Position numbers and translations under genes: made by a program. Below, one piece after another: positions 17,953-27,493 of a DNA stretch of 41,135 bases. Under the pieces are notes generated by a model that saw only the letters and a program-made list of their open reading frames with translations, was not told where the DNA came from and did no database searches. The stretch is taken from UHGV virus genome UHGV-0094207. One strand, written 5' to 3'. Position 1 is the first letter of the stretch, and each line of letters starts with the position of its first letter. Source of the DNA: a virus.

Positions 17953-18524
17953 AGTTTGTTGTGGTTGGCCATCATTCCCGTTACGCCTCAGCTGCATTGC
18001 TGGCTGGTGAACTTGGCGCGCACCTTCTTATCGATGAAGGGAATCACGGGGCTAACTGGAATCACCGGCGCGCTATCGAATGGGCTGCTGAGCAGCCTTG
18101 CCGGGTGGTGGTACTGGAAGACGACGCGCTGCCTGTACGTGGATTCAGAGACAAGCTTACGGGCTGGCTGGCTCGTTTCCCTGGCGACATGCTTAGTTTT
18201 TATCTGGGCACCGGGCGGCCACCGCAATACCAAATGCAGATAGCTGAACGCCTGATTAATGCGGATAAGGTGAGGTCTGACTTCATTATGCTGCAACGCC
18301 TGATACATGGCGTGTGCTACAGCATACCGCCTCAAAGCATCAGCCGTGTGCTGTCTCAATGGGACGGCAGTAAGCCTGCCGATTATGCCGTGGGCGATGC
18401 TTATGGTGGCGTTGTCGTCTATCCCTGTTGGTCGCTGGTGGACCACGCAGACGGCGAACCGGTTGAGCGTCACCCTGACTCAGCACCACGAACAGAACGC
18501 CGCCGGGCGTGGAGGTTAGCCTGA
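17934..18524 (+). CDS. Hypothetical protein, possible GT-A/GT25-like glycosyltransferase
   Basis: 196 aa; 'KFVVVGHHSRY...CRVVVLEDDALP' resembles the N-terminal strand and acidic motif of LPS-type glycosyltransferases; overlaps the upstream gene by 19 nt. Confidence 0.35.
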   Translation: MVETQVKFVVVGHHSRYASAALLAGELGAHLLIDEGNHGANWNHRRAIEWAAEQPCRVVVLEDDALPVRGFRDKLTGWLARFPGDMLSFYLGTGRPPQYQMQIAERLINADKVRSDFIMLQRLIHGVCYSIPPQSISRVLSQWDGSKPADYAVGDAYGGVVVYPCWSLVDHADGEPVERHPDSAPRTERRRAWRLA

Positions 18525-18874
18525 TGCCTGCGTTAATACCGAGAGCATGCCGCAAGCGTGGCTGCTCTGGCACAACCACTGAACGCTCAGGCTATTGTCC
18601 CAAGCACCTTAACGAAGGCTGGCAGCAGCATCAGCGAGGACAGAGCAGGCATCAGCGAGGTTATGGCAGCAAGTGGGACAGGCTGCGGCCAATCGTTCTC
18701 GACAGGGATAAACACCTTTGTCAGGAATGCCTGCGAAATGGAAGGTATACACCCGCTGAGACGGTGGACCACATCACCGCCAAAGCAAATGGGGGGACCG
18801 ATGACCTTTCCAACCTCGAAAGCCTCTGCAAGCCTTGCCACAGGGCGAAGACAGCAGTTGAAAGACTCAAATGA
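18524..18874 (+). CDS. HNH endonuclease (terminase-associated)
   Basis: Start ATG overlaps the upstream stop (TGATG). Cys/His pattern 'CRKRGC...CPKH...CQEC...VDHI...NLESLCKPCH'. Confidence 0.8.
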   Translation: MPALIPRACRKRGCSGTTTERSGYCPKHLNEGWQQHQRGQSRHQRGYGSKWDRLRPIVLDRDKHLCQECLRNGRYTPAETVDHITAKANGGTDDLSNLESLCKPCHRAKTAVERLK

Positions 18875-19031
18875 CATCAATTCTCATTTGAATCGACCGA
18901 GGGGGAGGGCGGGTTGAAAGTTCAGGAACGACGCGCCAAAGGACCGCCGCCTAACCTCTTTTCACATCGCCGCAGGTTAGAAAACTTTTTTATGGGGTCC
19001 CCCACTCGATGATTAATAGGAGTTTTCGATT

Positions 19032-19529
19032 ATGTCTGGACCACCGAAAACCCCGACCCATCTACGTTTGGTGAGGGGTAACCCATCAAAACGCCCGATT
19101 AATGAAAACGAACCAAAGCCAGCTGCAGGGGTACCCCCAACGCCGAAGCATTTCGACAAGCAGGGAAAATACTGGTTCAAGCGTATGGCTGAAGAGCTCG
19201 ATGCGCTTGGCGTCATGTCGCAGCTGGACGCGAGAGCGCTTGAGCTTTTGGTTGAGGTTTACACCGAGTACCGGCATCACTGCGATACTCTGGAGAGAGA
19301 AGGCTATACCTACGCCGTATATAGCGACGAAGAACCAGACGAAGGCAAAGAGCGAGAGATTCGCATGATCAAGGCTCACCCGGCGGCCATCATGAAAGCT
19401 GATGCCTGGAAACGTCTTCGCGCCATGCTCGGAGAGTTCGGTATGACGCCAGCCAGCCGCTCTAAAGTGAATGCAAAAGGTCCTGATGCGGTTGACCCGC
19501 TGACCGAGTTTATGAAAGCGAGGGATTAA
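19032..19529 (+). CDS. Terminase small subunit (P27-family type)
   Basis: 165 aa immediately upstream of the large terminase; 'TPTHLRLVRGNPSKRP...' N-terminus. Confidence 0.75.
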   Translation: MSGPPKTPTHLRLVRGNPSKRPINENEPKPAAGVPPTPKHFDKQGKYWFKRMAEELDALGVMSQLDARALELLVEVYTEYRHHCDTLEREGYTYAVYSDEEPDEGKEREIRMIKAHPAAIMKADAWKRLRAMLGEFGMTPASRSKVNAKGPDAVDPLTEFMKARD

Positions 19530-21265
19530 TGGCTAAGGTTGCAGAAGGCATCCGCTACGCCGAGAGGGTGGTGGCGGGGGAAATTATTGCCTGTGAGTAT
19601 GTGCGCCTTGCCTGTCAGCGTTTTCTTGACGATCTGGCCCACGGCGAAGAGCGCGGTATTTTCTTCAGTGAGCCGCGCGCGCAGCACATTCTGAATTTCT
19701 ATAATTTTGTCCCTCACGTCAAAGGCGCGCTGGCAGGCCAGCCTATTGAGCTGATGGACTGGCATGTTTTCATCCTGATTAATATTTTTGGTTTTGTTAT
19801 CCCGCTGGTTAACGAAGATACGGGGGAAAACGTCCTGCGTAACGACGGCAGCGGTCGACCGGTGATGGTTCGGCGTTTCCGTACAGCAGATGTTGAGGTG
19901 GCCCGTAAAAATGCCAAATCAACGCTTTGCTCCGGCGTAGGGCTGTATATGGCTGGTGCCGACGGCGAGGGAGGGGCGGAGGTTTATTCCGCTGCTACAA
20001 CCCGTGACCAGGCGAGAATTGTTTTTGAAGACGCGAAAAATATGGTCAAGAAGGCGAAAGCCACTCTTGGGCGGATCTTCGAATTCAACAAGCTCGCTAT
20101 CTACCAGGAGCAAACGGCCTCCAAATTCGAGCCATTATCATCAGATGCAAACAACCTCGACGGCCTGAACATCCACTGCGCCATCGTTGACGAGCTGCAT
20201 GCTCATAAAACGCGTGACGTCTGGGACGTTCTGGAGACGGCCACCGGCGCGCGCCTGCAATCTCTGCTTTTCGGTATCACCACCGCTGGTTTCAACAAAG
20301 AAGGTATCTGTTACGAATTGCGTGATTACGCCATCAAGGTCCTGCGCGGCCTGGTTAAAGACGATACGTTTTTTGCCATCATCTACACCTTAGATGAAGG
20401 TGACGATCCATTTGATGAAAAAGTCTGGCAGAAGGCCAATCCGGGGCTGGGTATCTGTAAGCGCTGGGATGACTTGCGGCGTCTGGCAAAAAAAGCGAAA
20501 GAGCAGGTTTCGGCCAGGATTAACTTTTTCACCAAGCACATGAATATCTGGGTTACGGCAGAGTCTGCCTGGATGGACATGATGAAATGGGAGAAATGCG
20601 AGTTTATCGCCCCGCAGCACGAACTTAAAACCTATCCCTCCTGGGTGGGCGTTGACCTTTCAAACAAAATTGATATCTGTGCGGCCGCTAAAGTCTGGCG
20701 CGCGCCAGGTGGCCACGTTCACGCGGATTTTAAATTCTGGCTTCCGGAAGGACGCCTTGAGAAATGTTCACGCCAGATGGCAGAGCTCTATCGTAAGTGG
20801 GCTGAGCTGGACAAGCTGATCCTTACCGACGGGGATGTAATCGACCATGCTCAGATTAAGGAAGAGCTGCAGGTGTGGGTTGCTGGCGAGAATCTGAAAG
20901 AAATTGGCTTCGATCCCTGGAGTGCTACGCAGTTCAGCCTTGCGCTGGCAGAAGAAGGGTTGCCACTGGTGGAGGTGCCGCAGACGGTTCGCAATTTCTC
21001 TGAGGCGATGAAAGAGGTCGAAGCACTGGTATATGGTGGCCGCTTCCATCACAGCGATCACCCGGTAATGAACTGGATGATGTCCAACGTAACCGTCAAA
21101 CCTGACAGGAACGAGAATATTTTCCCGAACAAGTCCACACCAGAGGCCAAGATTGATGGCCCGGCGGCATTGTTCACAGCAATGAGCCGCGTTCTGGTTA
21201 ACGGTGGCAACGACCAGCAGGATCTTTCCGGATTCTTCAATAATCCCATCATGGTAGGTTTCTGA
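19529..21265 (+). CDS. Terminase large subunit
   Basis: 578 aa with ATPase and nuclease regions, followed by the portal gene. Confidence 0.9.
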   Translation: MAKVAEGIRYAERVVAGEIIACEYVRLACQRFLDDLAHGEERGIFFSEPRAQHILNFYNFVPHVKGALAGQPIELMDWHVFILINIFGFVIPLVNEDTGENVLRNDGSGRPVMVRRFRTADVEVARKNAKSTLCSGVGLYMAGADGEGGAEVYSAATTRDQARIVFEDAKNMVKKAKATLGRIFEFNKLAIYQEQTASKFEPLSSDANNLDGLNIHCAIVDELHAHKTRDVWDVLETATGARLQSLLFGITTAGFNKEGICYELRDYAIKVLRGLVKDDTFFAIIYTLDEGDDPFDEKVWQKANPGLGICKRWDDLRRLAKKAKEQVSARINFFTKHMNIWVTAESAWMDMMKWEKCEFIAPQHELKTYPSWVGVDLSNKIDICAAAKVWRAPGGHVHADFKFWLPEGRLEKCSRQMAELYRKWAELDKLILTDGDVIDHAQIKEELQVWVAGENLKEIGFDPWSATQFSLALAEEGLPLVEVPQTVRNFSEAMKEVEALVYGGRFHHSDHPVMNWMMSNVTVKPDRNENIFPNKSTPEAKIDGPAALFTAMSRVLVNGGNDQQDLSGFFNNPIMVGF

Positions 21266-22569
21266 TGAAAAAAAACAAACAGCCTGGCAGGGTGAAAAGC
21301 GCTCTGCTTAACTGGCTCGGTGTGCCTATCAGCCTCACTACCGGCTCGTTCTGGGAGGAATGGTTTGGTACCAGCAGCAGCGGAAAGGTGGTAACGGCCG
21401 ATAAAGCCATTCAGCTATCGGCTGTGTGGGCATGCGTAAGGCTGTTAAGTGAGTCTATTTCAACCCTTCCGCTGAAAATATACATTCGACAGCCTGACGG
21501 TTCACGAAAAGCAGCAACCGATCACCCTGCCTATTCGATACTGTGCCGCCGTCCCAATTCAGAAATGACGCCATCACGCTTTATGTTGATGGTGGTCGCC
21601 AGTATCTGCCTGCGCGGGAACGCCTTCATTGAGAAGAAATTCATCGCAAATCGCCTGGTTTCGCTGGTGCCTTTGCTGCCGCAGAACATGGTGGTTAAAC
21701 GTCTCACTTCCGGGGCGCTGGAATACAAATACACTGAAAACGGTAGCGAGCGCGTCATTTCCGTCAAAAACATCATGCACATTCGCGGGTTCGGTCTGGA
21801 CGGTGTTTGCGGCATGATGCCGATGAAAACCGGACGGGATGTGATCGGTTCAGCAATGGCGGTTGAGGAGTCTGCTGCGAAGATATTTGAACAGGGGCTT
21901 CAGAGTTCAGGTTTTCTCTCCGCTGATAATGCGCTGAGTGACGAACAACGTGAAAGACTCCGTAGCTACATGGCTGCATTTACCGGTTCAAAAAACGCCG
22001 GGAAAATCATGGTACTTGAAGGCGGATTGAAGTATCAGGGCGTTACCATGAATCCGGAAGACGCCCAGATGCTGGAAAGCCGCTCTTTCAGTATTGAGGA
22101 AATCTGCCGCTGGTTTCGTGTACCTCCTTTCATGGTTGGCCACACCACGAAACAAAGCAGCTGGGCATCCAGCCTCGAGGGTATGAACCTGCAGTTCCTG
22201 ACTCATACTCTTCGACCGCTGCTGGTGAATATTGAGCAGGAAATTGGCCGGTGCTTACTCGACAGCGATGACGAAGTGTTTGCAGAATTCTCTGTTGAAG
22301 GTCTACTGCGAGCCGATAGTGCCGGTCGCGCGGCATACTATACCAGCGCGCTTCAGAATGGCTGGATGTCCCGTAATGACGTTCGTCGTCTTGAGAACAT
22401 GCCGCCAATTGAAGGGGGAGATATTTACACCGTTCAGCTCAACCTGACGCAACTGAAAAATCTCGAAAGCAGCAACCCTGCTGTTCAGGCCCTGGCCCTG
22501 CGAGAGCTGCATAACCACGTATTCCCCGATATTTCCTTTGAACAATCTCCGCTGAAACAGGCCGCTTAG
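21265..22569 (+). CDS. Portal protein (HK97-family type)
   Basis: 434 aa between terminase and protease; 'AVWACVRLLSESISTLPLKIY' portal-like N-terminal region. Confidence 0.85.
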   Translation: MKKNKQPGRVKSALLNWLGVPISLTTGSFWEEWFGTSSSGKVVTADKAIQLSAVWACVRLLSESISTLPLKIYIRQPDGSRKAATDHPAYSILCRRPNSEMTPSRFMLMVVASICLRGNAFIEKKFIANRLVSLVPLLPQNMVVKRLTSGALEYKYTENGSERVISVKNIMHIRGFGLDGVCGMMPMKTGRDVIGSAMAVEESAAKIFEQGLQSSGFLSADNALSDEQRERLRSYMAAFTGSKNAGKIMVLEGGLKYQGVTMNPEDAQMLESRSFSIEEICRWFRVPPFMVGHTTKQSSWASSLEGMNLQFLTHTLRPLLVNIEQEIGRCLLDSDDEVFAEFSVEGLLRADSAGRAAYYTSALQNGWMSRNDVRRLENMPPIEGGDIYTVQLNLTQLKNLESSNPAVQALALRELHNHVFPDISFEQSPLKQAA

Positions 22570-22582
22570 GAGCACTTTCCTG

Positions 22583-23431
22583 ATGAGCAAAAAACAACTT
22601 CCGGTAGCACCGGCGGGTCGCCCCTGCGCGCGCGTTACCTGTGAAACATTACCGTCTGCACTGGACCGCTGGGACGGCGGGATCAAAGCGGCGGCCACCG
22701 ACGATAACAGCATTTCTGTTTTTGATGTGATCGGACAGGACTATTGGGGCGAAGGGGTAACAGCTAAACGTATTGCCGGTGCGCTTCGGGCTATGAACGG
22801 CGCCGACGTCACGGTGAATATCAACTCACCGGGCGGCGATATGTTCGAAGGTCTGGCTATTTATAACCTGCTCCGCGAATACGAAGGCAGTGTAACGGTG
22901 AAGGTACTGGGCATTGCCGCCAGCGCCGCCTCGATAATTGCGATGGCCGGGGATGATATTCAGATTGGCCGGGGTGCCTTCCTGATGATCCACAACTGCT
23001 GGGTATACGCGATGGGAAACCGCCATGATTTTGCAGAACTGGCACAGTCACTGGAACCCTTCGATACCGCTATGGCTGACATCTACGCGGCGCGCTCCGG
23101 CCTTGATATGGCCGCCGTGCAGAAGCTGATGGACGCGGAAAGCTATATCGTTGGCAGTGATGCTGTGGCGAAGGGACTGGCAGATAGCTTGCTTTCTGCT
23201 GATGCGGTCAGCGACGGCGACGAATCGCCTGCAGCCGCGCTTCGCAAACTTGATGCATTGCTGGCCAAGACCAACACCCCGCGCTCTGAGCGCAGAAAAC
23301 TTATTAAAGCCTTATCCGGTGGCATGCCTGGCGCTGTCACCACCCACGAAGGTACGCCGGGCGCTGCCGAAGATATCAAACCTGAAACCATCAATTCACT
23401 TGAAAGCGCCCTGGCGGCGTTAGTCAAATAA
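22583..23431 (+). CDS. Prohead maturation protease (ClpP-like)
   Basis: 282 aa. 'INSPGGDMFEGLAIYNLL...AASAASIIAMAGD...LMIHNCW' ClpP-like motifs. Confidence 0.8.
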   Translation: MSKKQLPVAPAGRPCARVTCETLPSALDRWDGGIKAAATDDNSISVFDVIGQDYWGEGVTAKRIAGALRAMNGADVTVNINSPGGDMFEGLAIYNLLREYEGSVTVKVLGIAASAASIIAMAGDDIQIGRGAFLMIHNCWVYAMGNRHDFAELAQSLEPFDTAMADIYAARSGLDMAAVQKLMDAESYIVGSDAVAKGLADSLLSADAVSDGDESPAAALRKLDALLAKTNTPRSERRKLIKALSGGMPGAVTTHEGTPGAAEDIKPETINSLESALAALVK

Positions 23432-23440
23432 GGACCCTTT

Positions 23441-24652
23441 ATGTCTGAAGTAAACGATATTCTGAAAAAAGTCACCGCCAGCATTGAAGAGGCAACCGGC
23501 AAGTTCAACGCGAAAGCAGAAGAAGCAGTGAAGGAGGCGCAGAAGTCCGGCAAGCTTTCAGAAGAAACAAAGGCGGCCGTCGATAAAATGGCTTCTGAGT
23601 TCAACGCCCTGCGTGAGGCAGAAAAAACGTTGAAGGCAGCTATGGGAGAACTGGAGCAACATGTTGCCCAGATGCCGCTGGCAAACGCGAAGCATGTTGT
23701 GGAATCAATCGGCCAGCAGGTGATCTCTGCTGAAGCGCTGAAAACCTTTGCCTCCGGCGTGGAAGGTGGAAAACGTATCAGTATCCCGGTTAAGGCGGCA
23801 CTGACTTCTGCGGATGTGCTTGATGGTGTTGTCGAACCCCAGCGAATTCCTGGCATCGATACGGCACCAAAACAACGCCTGTTCATTCGCGATCTGATTG
23901 CTCCTGGCCGCACTTCCTCCCCGGCTATTTTCTGGGTGCAGCAGACGGGTTTTACCAATAACGCGAAAGTGGTTCCTGAGAATACGCAGAAACCCTACAG
24001 CGACATTGAGTTTACGCCGAAAATCACTGGCGTCAGCACCATCGCTCACCTGTTCAAAGCCTCCAAGCAGATCCTGGATGATTTCGCACAGCTGCAGTCA
24101 ACCGTTGATGCCGAAATGCGCTACGGACTGAAGTACGCGGAAGAGCAGGAAATTCTCTTCGGTGACGGCACCGGTGTGCATCTGCATGGCATCGTTCCTC
24201 AGGCGTCAGCGTTTAACCCGGCGTTTACTGTTGAACAGCAGAGCGGTATTGACGATCTGCGTCTGGCAATGCTGCAGGCACAGTTGGCGCGCTTCCCGGC
24301 ATCCGGCCACGTTCTTCACTTCATTGACTGGGCACGGATCGAGCTGACGAAAGATAGCCTGGGCCGCTACATCCTGGCTAACCCTGCAGCGCTGACTGGT
24401 CCGACGCTGTGGGGCTTGCCGGTTGTTGCCACGGAAGCGGCAGCCTTCCAGGGTAAATTCCTGACTGGTGCTTTCAACGCTGGCGCGCAAATCTTCGACC
24501 GCGAAGATGCGAACGTTGTTATCTCCACGGAGAACGCCGACGACTTCGAGAAAAACATGATCACCATCCGTTGCGAGGAACGTCTGGCGCTGGCCGTCAA
24601 ACGCCCTGAAGCATTTGTATACGGTGCATTCCGCACTGGCGCTGGTAGCTGA
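23441..24652 (+). CDS. Major capsid protein (HK97-fold)
   Basis: 403 aa after the protease; coiled-coil scaffold-like N-terminal delta domain. Confidence 0.85.
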   Translation: MSEVNDILKKVTASIEEATGKFNAKAEEAVKEAQKSGKLSEETKAAVDKMASEFNALREAEKTLKAAMGELEQHVAQMPLANAKHVVESIGQQVISAEALKTFASGVEGGKRISIPVKAALTSADVLDGVVEPQRIPGIDTAPKQRLFIRDLIAPGRTSSPAIFWVQQTGFTNNAKVVPENTQKPYSDIEFTPKITGVSTIAHLFKASKQILDDFAQLQSTVDAEMRYGLKYAEEQEILFGDGTGVHLHGIVPQASAFNPAFTVEQQSGIDDLRLAMLQAQLARFPASGHVLHFIDWARIELTKDSLGRYILANPAALTGPTLWGLPVVATEAAAFQGKFLTGAFNAGAQIFDREDANVVISTENADDFEKNMITIRCEERLALAVKRPEAFVYGAFRTGAGS

Positions 24653-24691
24653 TGAAATAGCGGCCTTCGGGCCGCTATTACAGGTGGGAAA

Positions 24692-24904
24692 ATGAAACTG
24701 ATTGCACTTAAACCGATTTATTTCGGCGGTACCGTCGTTACTGAGGGGCTTCCGCTGGAAACTCTGGAACAGCACGGTCGCGAGCTCATCAAAAAAGGCT
24801 ATGCGATGCTCGATGAATCAGAAAATCCTGCAGAGCAGGAACAGCAGCAGGAACAGCAGCAGGAACAGCCCGAAGTAAAAGCGGAAAAAAAGGCGAAAAA
24901 ATAA
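24692..24904 (+). CDS. Hypothetical small head-module protein with Q/E-rich repeat tail
   Basis: 70 aa; C-terminus '(QEQQ)x3...KAEKKAKK' encoded by a 12-bp tandem repeat. Confidence 0.4.
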   Translation: MKLIALKPIYFGGTVVTEGLPLETLEQHGRELIKKGYAMLDESENPAEQEQQQEQQQEQPEVKAEKKAKK

Positions 24905-25230
24905 TGGTCGATCTTGATGTGGTGAAACAGCACTGCCGCATTGATACCGATTTTTCCGGAGACGATGCCCTGCTGACTTTATACACCGGTGCGGCAGCCC
25001 GGTACGTCCAGACATGGACAAGGCGAACGCTCTATGAAAATCAAAGCTCCCCTGGCTACGCAGACGACCCGGACTCGATTCTTCTTAATGACGATGTGAA
25101 GGCGGCCATGTTACTGCTGATCGGACACTGGTACGCCAATCGTGAATCCGTCGTCATTGGTGAAACTGTGGCTCAGGTTCCTCTCGCTGTCGAAGCCCTT
25201 CTTCAGCCTTATAGGATTTATGGCCTATGA
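24904..25230 (+). CDS. Head-tail connector (gp6-like)
   Basis: 108 aa; size, position and 'CRIDTDFSGDDALLTLYTGAAARYV' pattern. Confidence 0.65.
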   Translation: MVDLDVVKQHCRIDTDFSGDDALLTLYTGAAARYVQTWTRRTLYENQSSPGYADDPDSILLNDDVKAAMLLLIGHWYANRESVVIGETVAQVPLAVEALLQPYRIYGL

Positions 25231-25571
25231 GTTCTTTACGTGCTGGCGAGCTTAATAAACGCATCAGATTAGAGAAGCTGGAAACTCAGCGAGGATCGCT
25301 TGGCGAGCCACTCCCGTCAATTACGGTGGATGTTGCGACTGTATGGGCAAAGGCAGAAAACGTATCTAACCGAAAAATCCGCACCCTTGACCAGCAGCAG
25401 GTAGTTGAAACCTGGCTGTTTACCATCAGATCCCGTAAGGATGTTCAAACCGACTGGAAAATCGTCTGGGGTGATGAGGTCTATACCGTGCGGGCTGCCG
25501 ACTGTAGCCAGTCCGATCGCACTGTCATTACAGCTGAGAGAGATAACCGCCATGATAGAGCAGGCAATTAA
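25227..25571 (+). CDS. Head closure / head-tail joining protein
   Basis: 114 aa; position and size in the module. Confidence 0.6.
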   Translation: MSSLRAGELNKRIRLEKLETQRGSLGEPLPSITVDVATVWAKAENVSNRKIRTLDQQQVVETWLFTIRSRKDVQTDWKIVWGDEVYTVRAADCSQSDRTVITAERDNRHDRAGN

Positions 25572-25935
25572 AACCGCCCTGGAACGCCTGTCTGGTATGT
25601 CGGTTTATCCGTTGCTGCTTCCTGATAGTGAGCAGAACGGTGTGACGTTCCAACGTATCTCTGATCCTGAAATTGAAACTGGCATGGTCCGTACAGGGCT
25701 TATCGCTGGCCGCTTCCAAATCTCGATGTACAAAGTGAATGACTACACCGGGCTGGTTCAGCTGGATAAAGCCGTCTGGGCTGAATGGAAAAAGATTACC
25801 CACGGCACACTTGAGGGCTATCCGGTTCAGTATGTTCAGCGCGGCAATATCCTGCAGGATAAAACCACGTTGACAAGTAACCAGGTCCAGTATCGGCTAA
25901 TCCGCGATTACGTACTTTATTTTTATGAGGAGTAA
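25552..25935 (+). CDS. Tail-completion / neck protein
   Basis: Start taken at 'MIEQAIKTAL' (20-nt overlap with the upstream gene); the ORF track extends it to 25405. Confidence 0.5.
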   Translation: MIEQAIKTALERLSGMSVYPLLLPDSEQNGVTFQRISDPEIETGMVRTGLIAGRFQISMYKVNDYTGLVQLDKAVWAEWKKITHGTLEGYPVQYVQRGNILQDKTTLTSNQVQYRLIRDYVLYFYEE

Positions 25936-25937
25936 TC

Positions 25938-26342
25938 ATGATCCGCATGGAAGTAAAAGGGCTTCAGGAACTCGAGCGTCAGCTACTTGCCCTTGGTGAA
26001 AAGGTTGGTACGCAGGTTTTGCGGGATGCCGGGAAAGCGGCTCTTGAGCCTGTTCTGGAGGATATGAAAGCGCATGCTGGATATGACGAATCGGCAAAAG
26101 ATGAGCACATGCGCGATTCTATAAAAATCCGCTCCTCTTCTTCGAAAGCTAAAGGAAATGCGGTTGTTTATCTCCGCGTTGGCCCGAGCAAAAAACACTT
26201 CATCAAAGCGCTGGCACAGGAGATGGGCACCGTGAAGCAGGTCGCCAGTCCCTTCATTCGTCCGGCGCTGGATTATCAGAAAGCGAAAGTTCTCCGCATC
26301 CTTGCGATAGAAATACGCGATCGCATTGAAAACCACCGGTAG
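25938..26342 (+). CDS. HK97 gp10-like tail component
   Basis: 134 aa; position before the major tail protein. Confidence 0.6.
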   Translation: MIRMEVKGLQELERQLLALGEKVGTQVLRDAGKAALEPVLEDMKAHAGYDESAKDEHMRDSIKIRSSSSKAKGNAVVYLRVGPSKKHFIKALAQEMGTVKQVASPFIRPALDYQKAKVLRILAIEIRDRIENHR

Positions 26343-26374
26343 CGCTCGCTGCCACCTTCAAAGAGAGAGAAATT

Positions 26375-26827
26375 ATGGCTGATAAAACTTCGCCAGAGTA
26401 CGCGATGCTGCCTGCTGGCACCGTCGTTATGTGGGGGGCTGCGGGCAGCAACGTAGCAACAATGAAACCACTCATTAACTGTAGAGCGCTGGGCGCTACA
26501 GGACAGACGGGCAGTTTTGTGGACTGCACTACGCTGATCGATACCAGTAAACAGTTTATCTCTGACCTGCCTGAAGGACCTGAAAAATCTCTGGGCTTTA
26601 TTGACGATCCAGCCAACCAGGACTTTGCTGATTTCCTCAACGCAGCAGAGAACCGGGAAACCGTACAGTTTTACGTTGAGTTGCCAAATGGTCGAACGGC
26701 GAACATGATTCTGGCCCTGTCTGGCTGGCAGATGAATGAAATTACTGCCCCGGCAAGTGAAGTCATTCAAATCACTGTTCAGGGAAAACAGAACAACATC
26801 ACCTGGGGTACCGCAGCTGGCAGCTGA
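26375..26827 (+). CDS. Major tail tube protein (lambda V-like)
   Basis: 150 aa followed by a strong terminator; position before the G/G-T chaperone pair. Confidence 0.7.
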   Translation: MADKTSPEYAMLPAGTVVMWGAAGSNVATMKPLINCRALGATGQTGSFVDCTTLIDTSKQFISDLPEGPEKSLGFIDDPANQDFADFLNAAENRETVQFYVELPNGRTANMILALSGWQMNEITAPASEVIQITVQGKQNNITWGTAAGS

Positions 26828-26845
26828 TTCCCGAAACCATTCATT

Positions 26846-26872
26846 AGCCGCCTTCTGGCGGCTTTTTATTAT
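26846..26872 (+). terminator. Rho-independent terminator after the major tail protein gene
   Basis: agccgccttctggcggct hairpin followed by ttttatt. Confidence 0.7.
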
Positions 26873-26891
26873 CTAATTCTCAGGAAAAACT

Positions 26892-27254
26892 ATGTCCGCC
26901 ATCGATGTCTCAGCATTGAAATCTGCTCTTCTGAAACCTAAAAGCGCCATTATTACTGCCGAAATCTTTGGCACGACCGTTTATCTTCGTCGCATGACGG
27001 CGGGTGAACTCATCGATCATGAAGAAGCGCTGCGTGACAGCCAGATTGCCGAAGATGCTCGTAAAGCCTCAGAACTCAGCGTGCAGTTGATTGTCGATTG
27101 TCTGGTTCAGCCCGACGGCAGTCCAATCTCAGTTGAAGACAAGCCCACCGCATCGGAGTTGCTGCAGGCACATGACAACGTGGCGCTGCTTGAAGCTATT
27201 GCCACCGTGAAAAAGCATGCCCTTGGTAAACTTGAGGATGCGGAAAAAAACTAA
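26892..27254 (+). CDS. Tail assembly chaperone G
   Basis: 120 aa immediately upstream of the tape-measure gene; ends in a slippery A-run. Confidence 0.7.
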   Translation: MSAIDVSALKSALLKPKSAIITAEIFGTTVYLRRMTAGELIDHEEALRDSQIAEDARKASELSVQLIVDCLVQPDGSPISVEDKPTASELLQAHDNVALLEAIATVKKHALGKLEDAEKN

Positions 27255-27493
27255 CCAACTCGCCCTGGCTTGAGCTGATTTTCTGGCTGGCTGACCGCTG
27301 GGGCGAGCCCGATCCATCAAAGATAGCTTCACTCCCGGTAGACACTCTCTACCACTGGCGCGCGTATTTCCTGCGTACTGGTGCCATCAGCCGTCCAGGC
27401 GAGGAGAGTGGGCCACCTCCTGAAAACCCGCCACCCGCTGCAGTCAGTAATGTTGACGATCAGTGCGCGGCCGTAATGAGAGCGTTAATGTAA
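26892..27493 (+). CDS. Tail assembly chaperone G-T fusion by programmed -1 frameshift
   Basis: Slippery heptamer A AAA AAC at 27245-27251 near the end of G; the -1 frame is open for 81 codons with no Met until near its end, and stops at TAA 27491-27493 overlapping the tape-measure ATG. Confidence 0.6.

Noticed and set aside
23143-23958. 271-aa minus-strand ORF antisense to the protease and capsid genes
   Set aside because: Low-complexity Ser/Ala-rich translation lying entirely opposite well-supported structural genes; a typical shadow ORF in GC-rich coding DNA.
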